Shown here: one piece after another, positions 35,898 to 47,384 of the stretch
Layout of the letters: every line of letters begins with the position of its first letter
Position numbering within the stretch: position 1 is the stretch's first letter
NCBI GenBank assembly: GCA_010093815.1
Contig: ML996571.1
DNA from: Pseudovirgaria hyperparasitica
Taxonomy: Eukaryota
Direction: 5' to 3' (one strand)
DNA: 64,000 nucleotides
Position numbers and translations under genes: made by a program
Notes under the pieces: generated by a model
Database searches by the model: none
Seen by the model: the letters and a program-made list of their open reading frames with translations, nothing else
What the model was told of the DNA's origin: nothing

Positions 35898-37917
35898 CTA
35901 GCCCGCCACACCAGGCGTAGTAAACGCAGCCTGATCGGTGACGAGCATACCCGCAATACCAGCACTCGACAGCGTCGACAGAATACCCGTGATCAGCGCC
36001 GAGATAGCCAAGCGGGAGACATCGCCGGAGCGACCAGGGGCGAGTTGCGAGAGCACGCCAATCTGAGTGCCAAGCGAGCCAATATTGCCGAAGCCACAGA
36101 GGGCGTATGTGGCGATGAGGTTCGAGCGAGGGGACAGGTTTGCGTAGCGGGGGTTGGTGGTCAGGTCAGTGTAGGCGACAAATTCGTTGATGACAATCTT
36201 CTGGCCGATCAGACGGCCGACGTTGAGCAGGTCGCCGCCCTCGCGCGAGACGCCGAGCAGGAAGGCGATTGGGTAGCATACGTAGCCGAGGATAAGCTCG
36301 AGGGTGAGGTCGTATTCGCCCTGGAGATCGAGGTAGCGGCCCCACCAGGTGAGCAGGCCGTCGATGAGGCCGACGAGCGCGATAATGCAGAGTAGCGTGG
36401 ACAGGATCATACCAGCAATCTTAAGACCGAGCCATGCGCCGTTGGCGAATGCGTGGAGCGAGTTGGCGGCCTTGTGGTCGTCGTCGTCGGGAATGACTAC
36501 ACGGCCCGATGTGAGAGTCTCCTCTTCTTCGGGATAGCGAAGCTTGGACATGGCGAGCGAAGCGGGAATGGACATGACACAGGAGCTGATGAGGGCTTGC
36601 GGGTTGATGCCCATTGAAATATATGCGACCAAGACAGATCCGGCGATGGTGGCGAAACCGGAAGTCATGACCTGGTGCAGTTCACCCTTGGTCAAATGGG
36701 CGACAAACGGCTTGATCAACATGGCAGATTCACCCTGCCCGATAAAGGGCGAGGCAGATGCAACGACAGCCTCGGCACCGGACACACGCATGCTCCAGAA
36801 GAAGAAGACGGCAAACTTGCCAATGAACCACTGCAGCGTGCCCCAGTAGTACAGAAGCTGAACGAGGGCGACGAAGAAGATGATGGCCGGGAGAACGGAG
36901 ATCAAGAACCAGTGGATGGTGTCGACGACATTCTGCTCCGTCAAGAAAGCCACACCGCGGCCAGCAAAACCAAGCAAATCGCGGGCAAGCTCAGAGACGA
37001 AGGCAAAGATGTCGTAACCGGCCTTTGTGCGGAGCACAAAAAGAGCCACGATGAATTGCACCAAGAAACCAACAATGACTGTGTGCCACACAATCTTCTT
37101 GTAGTTGCGAGAGGTGGCGGTCAGGAGAGCAATAAAGACGACGAGACCAAACAAACTGACGGCGCGGTTCGCGCGAGTGTTGTCGGCGCTTTCGTCGGAA
37201 GCAAAGGAGCCAACCAGGAAGACGGCGACAACGAGCACAGCAGCAGCAGGTGTGCGCATCTTCTCTGGAACGACATCCTTAATACGGACAGCAGTGTTGT
37301 TCCAGGCGAAGGCGAGCACCTTCATGACGAACGGCGCGAGCGGGACGTAGAGGGTGATGATTCGGAGCGAGATGGCGAGCCAGAACAGAAACGGCTTGAT
37401 CCAGTTCTTGTCATGGCGGTGGAGAGCGAGTCCAACAATCCACCATGCGGTGAAGAGGAGGAAGATGAATCCGTCTGGGAGGCAAAGAATGTCAGCAATG
37501 GTGGTGACACGCTCGTCTGCGTTTCGACTTACGGATGTATGGCCTGAACCTCCTGTAGAGATTCGAGAATTTGCCGTCGTGTTCCTTTTCCTCTACAATA
37601 TCGCCAGAGCGCGAGGCGCTGCTCCTCTCAGCATCATCGTAGTTCAGCTCGCCACCCTTCTCAATGTCTCCCTTGAGCGATCGCTCCGGGTGACCGCGAC
37701 GATGCAGGTTGTTGTCCATGTGGTCCTGGTGAGGGATAATTGACGGCTCGTCGGTGGTGCCCTTGCTGTAGGTGACATTGCTGTTCGCATTGGCAACACG
37801 ATCGCTGTGGTGGAGGTGAGTGTGGTTGTGCTCGTTTGCGGGATTCAGAGCCGGGTCGTTGTTGGGCACGACGCCGACCTGCGGCGAGGCATTGTGGGCG
37901 GCAGGTAGATCCGACAT
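35898..37917 (-). CDS. CNT: Concentrative H+/nucleoside cotransporter (CNT/SLC28 family; 2 exons)
   Basis: ATG 37917. Intron 37475-37532 (GTAAGT..GCTGAC..CAG). Motifs are 'SGAEAVVASASPFIGQGE', 'MTSGFATIAGSV', 'NEFVAY' and 'YALCGFGNIGS'. Confidence 0.94.
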
Positions 37918-38854
37918 GGCTGCTGGCGGAGGAAAACAAGCCTTTCAGTTTGGGGAGGGGTCCCAAGATTATACTCCGCGGGTGGGAAGTGAGGAGTGAG
38001 AGGGAGGGAGGGAGGAAGAAGTTCACTGCGCAACAAAGATGGGCAATTGGAGCACACGGCCCATTATAAAGCTCGGTGATGGTGGTATGGTGGAGTCGTG
38101 TGTGTGGTGGTTGTGTCGCTGCTATCTCTCTTGTCTGTCTGTCTCTCCAGCTTGTGTGTGGCGCTGTGCGTTACTGACGGGGGCGGCGGCGGCTTGAGTT
38201 TGGCTGAAGCAGCAGCTTAAACAGCTTCCTGGACTGGACTGGTTTGCCCGCTTGTCCCGCCCAGGCTTATCGGCCATCTCCGCCCACTAAACGACTCTTG
38301 TCACAATCCAGTTAACATATCACACTCACATCACTCTCCCTTCATAACAACCAATTGTCACCGCCGTCCCTGTCCCCAGACCCGTCCCGCGCCTCCTGCA
38401 ATCCTACCAGTCCATTCTACCAATCCTACCTACCAATCCTGCTGTTCCAGCCAATCCAGAACCCTCTCGCCTATCTCTCTCTACTGGCCCCGCTGCCCAA
38501 GAGGAGCAGCCACAAACTGCGCGGACAGATACACCAACACACCACACAATTGGCCCAGACACAAACTCTTAGCCATGCATGTATGTACATGTGCATGTAT
38601 GTAGCCCACAACCCGAGAACGGCCTTCTAGAAGACTGTCAATCAACTTGCTAATGCCCGCCCTAGCCTAGCTAAGTTACCATTCCCCGGTGCTCGTCAGC
38701 AGTCAAGCGTCAGCCTCATCAGCCATTGAACATTAGCGGTCCGCTCTTATCGCGACGCACGACTCAGTACTTGATTACACTACTCGCCATCCACGACTCA
38801 AACATGATGGACTGATGGATTGATGGATGGCAAACCCGTCTTGTCGGTATGAGG

Positions 38855-38875
38855 AGCAGCAGCAGCAGCAGCAGC
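38855..38875. repeat. (AGC)7 microsatellite, intergenic
   Basis: Directly visible. Confidence 0.85.
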
Positions 38876-40063
38876 AATCAATGTTTTCAAGAACAAATAT
38901 GAGAAAACCTGTCATTTAATGCATGCATGCATGCCATGCCATGCACCAGCGGAGAACACACACACAAACCGCTCGCCATCGCCGAAACTGCGCCGCAGGT
39001 CCCATACCACTCCCACTCTCCCACTCCACGCAACATTCAAAGAAAAAAAGGCCCGGCGCGGCAGAGCCGTGGAATTACACCGACCGACGGCCGCAGGTAT
39101 CGCGATACCTTGCCGTGCACCAACTACAACGTCGCTATTCTCCTTTCTTCTTCTTCTTCTTCCTTCTTTGGCCCTGTTTCTGAAGCTATAATCCAGCGCT
39201 GCACTACACGTGAGAATACTAAAATGTGGTGACGACGGCTTGCATTCCCAATTCCATATTAAAAATAGAGAGCTTCTTGAATTGATAGCATGTATGCATG
39301 TATGCATTCTTACAAGGACCTCAGAGAGAGCCAGAAGGCCAGGTAATTTTGACGTCCGTGGGCATCTTGCTATCTCGCCAAGACGCCTCGGCCGGCCTTG
39401 ACCCTTGATCCCTGCACTAATTATCCCTACCTACCTAGCCGTGCCCTGGACCCTGGTGGGCCTGGCTACTTGTCCCTATCATGGGGATCCCATGAATACC
39501 CAAAACGTCGCAGTCGTAGTAGCGAGAGGCTAGGTGTGAGACGGGTGTGATGATAATTTAGTGGGCATAAGGTGATGTCTCTTAACGACTGAACTTTCGT
39601 ATATTTTAATGAGTATACAGTACGTGATGTTTTGCTCCAGCTTCACTTCAATCTCGCTTCCGCAGGCGTGGAGACGAGCACATGTACATACATGTATGCA
39701 TGAAACATAAATTAGTCCGTTCGAATATACCTACCTACATGCATCGTACATGTTTTCTTCGTCCCATGCATAAGCTTCGTTTCGTTTCTTAATTTTCTTG
39801 GCCGTCGGTTTCCTAAGCCTGCTCGCTAATGTTTCATATCGTGCTTGCTAAGCGTACCTATCTCTCTCTATATTACTACAAATCCAAGCAGTGTCTGCCT
39901 GCCGACTTATCCAAGTCGATATGCCCTTCCCGAATAAGCCGACCTTTATCCCTTTGCGGAATGGAACCCGCTCCGACGACTTGGCAATCATAGGTTTGTA
40001 AACTGCACCCCGTCACCCCAACTTCCTTCCTGGCCCTCTTCTTGGGGATCATCCATTTTATTA

Positions 40064-41395
40064 TTATTCCGGTCCTTCAATCAGCATCTTGATGCCCTTG
40101 CCCGCCTTGACGTCCGCAAACGCCTGTTCCGCCTCGGTGAACTTGACCTTGCCCGTTATCAGTGCCTTTGCGTCGAGCTTGCCGCTGGCAATCAGATCTG
40201 TCGCGAGCTTGTAGTCGCCGCTGCTGTACCGGAAGCTGCCCTTGAAGTTGATCTCTCGTTGCGCGAGCACCATGATCGGGAGAGTCATGTCGGATTTGCC
40301 CATGCCGCCCTGTGGACAGATTTCTTGTCAGCCTTGTTGATGGATTGATGGCATGTGTTGCATAATTCGCTAGATATCTCGCTTACCTGCACGTAGGTGC
40401 CCCCGGTTCTGAGGCATTGCATGCCCGTCTGGATACACGGCTCGGCTCCAGTCGCGTCAATCGCGACGTCGGCTCCTACGCCGAGCTCGCACTCCTTGAT
40501 CATCCTCGCCGCGTTCTCTTCTGCGCTTACTCTCTGGCTGACAAACGAGTGTGTAGCGGCATATCGGAGTGCAAACTGCAGCCTCTCCTGGTTGATGTCC
40601 ACGGTGATGATCTTGGTCGCACCAAACGCTTTGGCAACGCCGCAGCAGAGCAAACCAACTGGTCCAGCGCCAAAGATCACAACCGATTGTCCAGGCTTGA
40701 TGCTTGCCTGTCGACAGATATGTACCGCCACCGCCGACGGCTCGACCAGCGCGCCCTCTTCCATGCTCATGTTCTCGGGGAGTTTGTAGCAGAAGTCTTC
40801 CGGCAGGACGTAGTATCGCGCCAATGTTCCGTGATAGGGCGGAGTCGCGGCAAACTTCATGTCGAGGCAGAGATTGTAGTAGCCCTCTTTGCAGCGCGCG
40901 CATCTCCGACAGGGCACGCCAGGTTCCATGGCCACGCGATCGCCGACCTTGAGTGTCGACACTTTCGATCCGATCTTGGTGACTACTCCGGCGGACTCGT
41001 GGCCTAGGACCATGGGTGATTCGACCACAAAGCTTCCAATCGCGCCGTGGACCCAGTAGTGGACCTATCCAAGGGGGCAACGTCAGCAATTGTACAAAAC
41101 AGTCTTGTTGGTTTGCTCGACGCATCTGGATAGATGGACAGTGCCTGGCTAGGAACAGGACTCACATCGCTACCACAGATTCCAGTCCATTTGGGCTCGA
41201 TGATCACATCATGCTCTTCTGCAAGCTCCGGGATGGGCCTGTCTTCGTACTTGAGCTTGCCTGGAGCTTCAAGCATGAACGATGGATTCTGCTTCTGGCA
41301 TTAGCAAACTCGAAGGCAATCATGCTGTGTTCATGTCTGCACAAACTTACATCTTGATTCAACTCCCGCCCGGTTCCTCCATTGCTCGCAGCCAT
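40064..41395 (-). CDS. xdhA: Xylitol dehydrogenase / D-xylulose reductase (sorbitol-DH-like MDR; 4 exons)
   Basis: ATG 41395. Introns 41289-41350, 41065-41165 and 40310-40386. Motifs are 'TGICGSD|VHYW', 'PMVLGHESAG', 'VAMEPGVPCRRC..C..G.YNLC', 'FAATPPYHGTL', 'GAGPVG' and 'GSFRY'. Confidence 0.9.
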
Positions 41396-41656
41396 AGCTT
41401 CTTTATAGCTTCCAATGTCAATCTGTGTGAACGTAAACGGAGCTCCGGATCAAGGACGGATAGCAGGACCTTCGAGATGTAATTTGTACCTCTCAAGCTA
41501 GGTATCCCGTCTCTCTTTTAATATAAAAATAGAGAAATGGCGGTCTAGGTCTTGGGACGCGAAAGAGAAGGCAAAGAAGAAGAAATTTCCTGTTCACGTT
41601 GACACACACAAATTCCGCGGACGGGCCGGGTGACGCGTTGTGCGCCCGAGTCAAGT

Positions 41657-41862
41657 TGCGGAGCTACCCCGCGATGGATTTCATGACCCATGGAGAAATA
41701 CCTCACTTGCCCTCTTCCGGTGGGGTTATCCCTTCTCTTCCTTTCTTTAGCCTGGAGAAAGTGCCCCCCACTTTTGTTTTGAAGCATGATGCATGATGCA
41801 TGATGCATTTTAGCCTACAGAGAAAATAGTATAGAAATAGGTTAAAAAGGGCACGCGGCTAG
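41657..41862. promoter_or_regulatory. XlnR-type (GGCTAR) and CreA-type (SYGGRG) site cluster upstream of xylitol dehydrogenase
   Basis: TTAGCC (=GGCTAA) at 41747-41752 and 41810-41815, GGCTAG at 41857-41862, and SYGGRG at 41657, 41720 and 41752. Confidence 0.6.
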
Positions 41863-42179
41863 AATCTGTGACATCGGAAATTCCGCTCTTTGTTATTATT
41901 TGCCTCAGATTCTAGCTCCCAGTTCCACGTGCGTGCATTAGTTGGTATGATCTTGTCTCCACTTGGTCATGAAGGTTTAGTTAGACATTAAAAGCCGCTC
42001 TCTGCGCCCCCCTTTCCGAGATTCGCATTCTTTTAATAGTAAAAAAAAAGCACCCCAAAAAAGGTATGCCAATCTAATATAGCAAACACCATACATGCCC
42101 CTTGTTCCTCCTCCCCAATGCCAAATTCTATCTTTTCTTTTCAAACAAAGCTCCTCCAGATGCTAGAAAGAGAAGCACA

Positions 42180-43610
42180 TCAGAAGATCTCATCATCCCA
42201 GTCCAACAGGAAACACACCCACCACCTCGCCGTCCCGTCAGACACCTGCACGCCCACCAACCACAGCAGCTGCCGCGACAGTCCCCACTTGACAGGTAGC
42301 TCGAACGATCGAGTCCCACCCAGATGTCTCTCCAGAGCGTCCAGCACGCTTCTCGGGCAATGCATGAAGTTGAACGTCGCGTCTTCTCCTCGCGCGTGTA
42401 TCTCCGGCGAGGCGAAGATGATGGCGTAGTCTGTCAGCTTCGCATAGGGTCGCGGCGACGACGGCGGGCGAGGCAGATGGGGGGATCGCGGGGATGCAGG
42501 GCCTCTGCCTCGCGGCGAGGCAGGGAGGCGGAATCCAGCTGTTGTGCCGGGTGAGGGCAGCGGGATGCGTGAGCGGGGCTTCTGCTGGACGACAAAGTAT
42601 CGCTTGAATTGCATCTTGACGTCGGTGAACATCTCGACGAAGGCGGCCATGGCGGTGCTGTTTGGGTCCGGCTCCGGCAGGGAATGACGGCTAGTACCAT
42701 CTGCAAACTCGGCTTGATGGGTGTTGTTGAGATCGTATGCTGCCATGCCGCGCAGGACGGATGTGATGTCGATCTGGCTTGCGAGGTACATCTTGCCTCG
42801 TCCTGGAATGAAACTTGTCAGCGTCCCTCGCCATTCGAGGAGGAATTTCGGGCGGCCGTCTAGTCCTAGTTCTTGTGAGATGTCCCACGTCTCTTGCTCG
42901 CCTGGCTGTGCCCCAGACATGACTCCGCTCGTACCCAGTTGCAGCAGTCCGAGGTGAGAGAGTTTGTATGAGGACGTGGTGAGTTTCATGGGGTGGCTGA
43001 GAGCCGTAGGATCGGTGATGCAAAGAGCTGTGAACAATTGCCCGTAGTTGATCTTCAAGGGAGGGGAGCCCGATGTGTCTTGAGATTTCTCGAGAAGAGG
43101 AGATGCTTGCGGACTCCTCCTAGACACAAGGTCTGTAGCTTTGACCACGGACCGGATACCTGCAGAGTTGTTAAATTGCATAGCACGGCGATCGATTCTC
43201 TTCGTGTCAGCTGGCACAGACTTAGGCGTGGAGGCTATGAACTCGCCAGGTTTGAATGATAGATCATAATTTGACGTGAATGTTGCCTCCGACCACCGCT
43301 TCGAGCGGAGGTTCGACAAGTCTGAGAAGTCATCGTCTGCGAAGAAAGAGTTTGGACGGATCGCTTTCGAGCTCCTAGGAGACGCCGCTACATTTGTGAG
43401 ACAAGGTAGCGCAGAAGAGATCGGAAGGCGGAATGGTGTGGAGCAGAGTGTGGGATTGGATGACTCCGAGGAGGGGAACCGATTTGCAGTCTCTTCGAAT
43501 AATGCGTTCCGGCCTTCTTCTGCTTCATGGTCTCGCCGCTGGAAGTCTGCAAAGAGGCTTCGCTGCTGCTCCAAGGCTTTTGGAAGCATAAGAGGTTTAA
43601 GGCGATCCAT
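42180..43610 (-). CDS. Hypothetical protein with degenerate PAS/LOV-like segments and an RGS-LOV-type C-terminal domain (tentative)
   Basis: 476-codon ORF containing 'ALCITDPTALSHPM', 'YLASQIDIT', 'FKRYFVV..YAIIFASP' and '..VKWG..WVCFL'. There is no GRNCRFLQ. Confidence 0.7.
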   Translation of the reverse strand: MDRLKPLMLPKALEQQRSLFADFQRRDHEAEEGRNALFEETANRFPSSESSNPTLCSTPFRLPISSALPCLTNVAASPRSSKAIRPNSFFADDDFSDLSNLRSKRWSEATFTSNYDLSFKPGEFIASTPKSVPADTKRIDRRAMQFNNSAGIRSVVKATDLVSRRSPQASPLLEKSQDTSGSPPLKINYGQLFTALCITDPTALSHPMKLTTSSYKLSHLGLLQLGTSGVMSGAQPGEQETWDISQELGLDGRPKFLLEWRGTLTSFIPGRGKMYLASQIDITSVLRGMAAYDLNNTHQAEFADGTSRHSLPEPDPNSTAMAAFVEMFTDVKMQFKRYFVVQQKPRSRIPLPSPGTTAGFRLPASPRGRGPASPRSPHLPRPPSSPRPYAKLTDYAIIFASPEIHARGEDATFNFMHCPRSVLDALERHLGGTRSFELPVKWGLSRQLLWLVGVQVSDGTARWWVCFLLDWDDEIF

Positions 43611-44014
43611 GCTCGAGCATTACGACATTACTGCACGGTGAAGCGAGTACAGGTCGACGATGTAGACTTTGCGCGTGTGACTGGGCGTGATTGTCCTGTT
43701 TGGGTGGGCGGTCAGGCAGAAGGCGATGTGAAAACAGGGTTGGCAACCGTGGCAAGTGAACAGTGTTAGTGTTTCCTACATCGTGAATTGAGCTGCGCAG
43801 CACAAGGATTTGGTGTAGATTTCAATTCTTGGAAAAACATTATGCTACAGCTCTGGGATCGACTCTTCGTCCGTTAGTGCTGTAATGTTCACAATGCCAG
43901 GATAGAGTTTGTGTTCGGGCCTATTTATCAGATCATAACATGATTGACGGTGTTTTGCAGGAATTCGCTACGTTAAAGACTGGTATATATGGAGATGTAC
44001 TTGCAGCTTCGCTT

Positions 44015-46253
44015 TCACAGATGTTCAGCTTTCTCTCTTGCCGGTGAACTTTTTCGTGAGTTTGCCGTCGAGTGGAACTCATCTTCTTCATCGTCAGCAA
44101 TAGTGTCTTCATCGTCATCGAAGGCTCGCAATTGAGCAATGCTGTTGGTGATGCTGCCGGCCGATAAGACAGACTGTCTCGCCTCTTCTGTATCTTTTGG
44201 ATACGACGGCTCCTCGTTTCGTTCTTCGGGCGGCGATGCATCGTTCGAAATTGGAGTGTCAATCACCGTGTCGGATATGACGCCTTCGTTACCCAAGGCC
44301 TGAGATTTCCTCACCCGGATTGGGTTCCGTGGAGGTAGCTTCGGCGGCGCAGCTTTGTTGACGGTGACAATGGTAGGGCGGAAAACAGCCTGAGCCATGG
44401 GAGGTGTCTGGACCTGCTGATATACAACAGGATTCTCGAATATCTCGACATCGGCCTCATCGTAGTCATCGTCGAGATCGTCGCTAAGATCTTCATCCTC
44501 AGAATCTTTTCCCTCGCTGTCAGATATAGCGACGGAATGGCGGTGGCCGTTCGTCAAGGGTTCGTTTCGATGATTGGGTTCTACATCGTGTCCTTTTTCC
44601 TCGCCTGAATATGGCGTTTCAAGATTCCTAGATTCAGGACGAGTGGGCTGCAATACCGTCTGATGATCGACTTGTACTTGTTCGTGGTCCGACGAGTCCG
44701 TCTGAACTTCTCGTTCGTGTTGCTGAGATCCACGGACCTCAGGCTGCGGCCGAATGTGCTTCGAGTCTGAATCCAGACTCTCCTCGGCTCTCACTTCTTT
44801 CTCGTCATTGTTGGTAATGGAATCATTACCATCATCATTTGACCTTGCATGCCCGTTAACAGGCGAGACAGAACCTTGCGAGATCTGCTGTGGCTCGTCA
44901 TCATTGGGTTCGGGGGATTCTGTGATCCGCGACTGGATACTGTCGCGGATCCCATTCGAGAGGTCTCCTGAGCCCGGACGCGTGAAAAGAGGTCCGTCCA
45001 TATCCGTTTGTGTGGACATGTCGCTCATGGACACCACGCGATCGTAGTTGCTGACTTGACTTGCACGTCTGCTGTGGCTCCATTGGCTCAGTGTATCCAC
45101 ACTCTGTCGGTTGAAGGTACCAAATATGGGACTCTTGGGACTCGGGGCGAAACTGAAATTCTGGCTCGAAACTCTATTCCGTGTCCCAGCTTCGCGGATT
45201 TCCAGTCCAGCCTGCTCCAGTGCTCGGACACCGAATGGATCGGGATCTTCCTTGTCCGGGACTCCAAATACATGGCCGTCAGCTTCGATCTCATAATCGC
45301 CAGGCGCAGGCTCAGACGGTAGCAGTGATGAGTCTACATTAGTGTCTCCTTGAGATGCACGAATAGTTTCGAGCAGTCTTCTGGTCTCAAACGGTGGGTG
45401 CCGCACCTTACCAGCCAGTATATCGCCAACAGAAATGCGCTCATTGTAGAAGCGTTCATTCTCGTCCGTCCGTTCGATGACTACCGTCCCATCAACTTGT
45501 ACACCAGCATAAAATCCCCGAGACTTTAGGTATGTGAATATGGGCGCCTGTCTCTTGTGAAGTTCCGTTTCAAGTACTCCGCCAACACCAAGAGGACCTG
45601 CAACAGCACTGACCTCCCCGCCAAGTGTGCAGCGGATCTTGCTAAAAGCGTCCAATGCTTTTTGTGTATTTATCACCACGACGCAGTCATATATATCCAC
45701 TCCGACGAGGAAGCCTAGTCCAGCCGTGTGCAGCATGATTCCAGATGGTGGTGACCATGATCCATCCTCTTGTCGTGCAACAACGATGCCACTGCCGCCA
45801 GCACCCGAGACCCAGAGACCAGTGCGCATTGTGGTAAATATCGCGAGCCCTTTCGCATTCTTGATAACCTGATTTTTGAGCTCGGCTTAGTCTTGATCGT
45901 TTGTACACAAATCGGTCCACATTACCTCTGGTGGTATCCTCTTCAAGACCTTCTGTTTCTGCTTGGGGCCGTCCGTGGGCTGTATCTCCTCCTCCTGATA
46001 GAAGCCATCCTCTACACACCATTAACGACGGTGAGACGGTCGGTATGAAGTAGAACCTACTGCAGAAGCTCCTCAGAATGCGCGCAGCCTTGTCGCTCTC
46101 TTTATCTAGGGTAGTGGGCCAGAAAGCCTCAGATCCCAGCTTATTAGAAAGCCTGTTGACTGGCGCACCGAGCTTGTCGACCCATGTGTAGACCTTGTCG
46201 AAGCCTACTTTGCTGCCGACCTTTGTTCTCTGCCAGAAGGTCTGAGTCGGCAT
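44015..46253 (-). CDS. Ysc84/SYLF (DUF500) actin/lipid-binding-domain protein with a long acidic disordered tail and no SH3 (3 exons)
   Basis: Introns 46012-46060 and 45869-45925. Motifs are 'FWPTTLDKESDKAARILRSFC|KDGFY', 'AKGLAIFT..SGAGGSG..WSPPSG', 'TLGGEVSAVAGPLG' and 'YLKSRGFYAGVQVDGT'. The tail carries 'PPKLPPR'. Confidence 0.9.
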
Positions 46254-47384
46254 GGTGGACGGGACCCGGGAAGCTCTACGATCTGTGACTAATCAAGTGA
46301 TGTCCCAGGCACGACAATTAGACATTATGAGCTGAGCACGACGAGGTGACGCAGGACGTTACGGCATGGATGAGAGTGTATGAGAATATGTGAAGAAAGG
46401 GTGTGAGCAGACGTGGACACCGGAAGTCATGGAAGCGTGCGCGCGAGTAGAGCTTCTTTGAAATGGTACGTCAGTAAGCCCCAAATTGTATTAATCACAG
46501 CCAGGGATTCGACCAGCTGATCCGCGCTAATGCGGGCCCCGACTCGCACCTGTTTCTGGGTCCGTTGCCACTACGTTGCACGTAGCATGAGACGGACTGA
46601 TAATACCGTGGATATGGTAAAGATGAGATGATGCGGAGTTGATCCTGCAGGTTGCCGAAGTTGCTCGTGGAGACCTGGGAATGTTGCCAAACAACTCCCG
46701 AATACATGTCTCGTTACATACGTACAATGCTTACGATCGGATTGTCAGCTGAATACGGAGGACTAGACGGAAACCAATAAACTTCGGCTTTCTTTTTGGG
46801 AGAAGCGGATCTCGGACCAGGGGCAGCGTAGGATTTTTAGCTTGTCCGTAGTTTGGAGATAATGCAAGTGCCCACGTTCAGGAACGCACAGTCCGAAAAA
46901 AATTTGGTGTTGAAGAATGTAACTAGTAGTTCACCTGCTACTTACTGACCGCATGTGCTGTACATCTACAATATACACTTCAAGGCGTGACTACGGCAGC
47001 CGTTAGCCCCGTGTTATGCAGTAAACTTAAGCTCCTCATCCCAGACTGCCAGTGCACCTTGGCCCACGCTCTGGGCTGTTATGCCTGAGGCACCCAAGGA
47101 CTGCTTAGTCATCAAACATTTTGTGATGATCCACTTCCAACGCGGGCATCAGCGTGCGTCGCCTTACTACACGCGAACAAGAGACGACTTCGGATTATAC
47201 GCGCATCCTCGCGCGTCATACATCATTGTATTACGTATACTCGCTTCTAGCGTCTTCCTAGAAGTTTTGGGTCGGCCTGCATATCTAAAGCACAGCACAC
47301 ATCACACAGCTCAAACATGAGATAGAACATCATACCTCAGAAGCCCGATTCCTAATCCACCTCACCTTACCTCCTCTAGCGACG

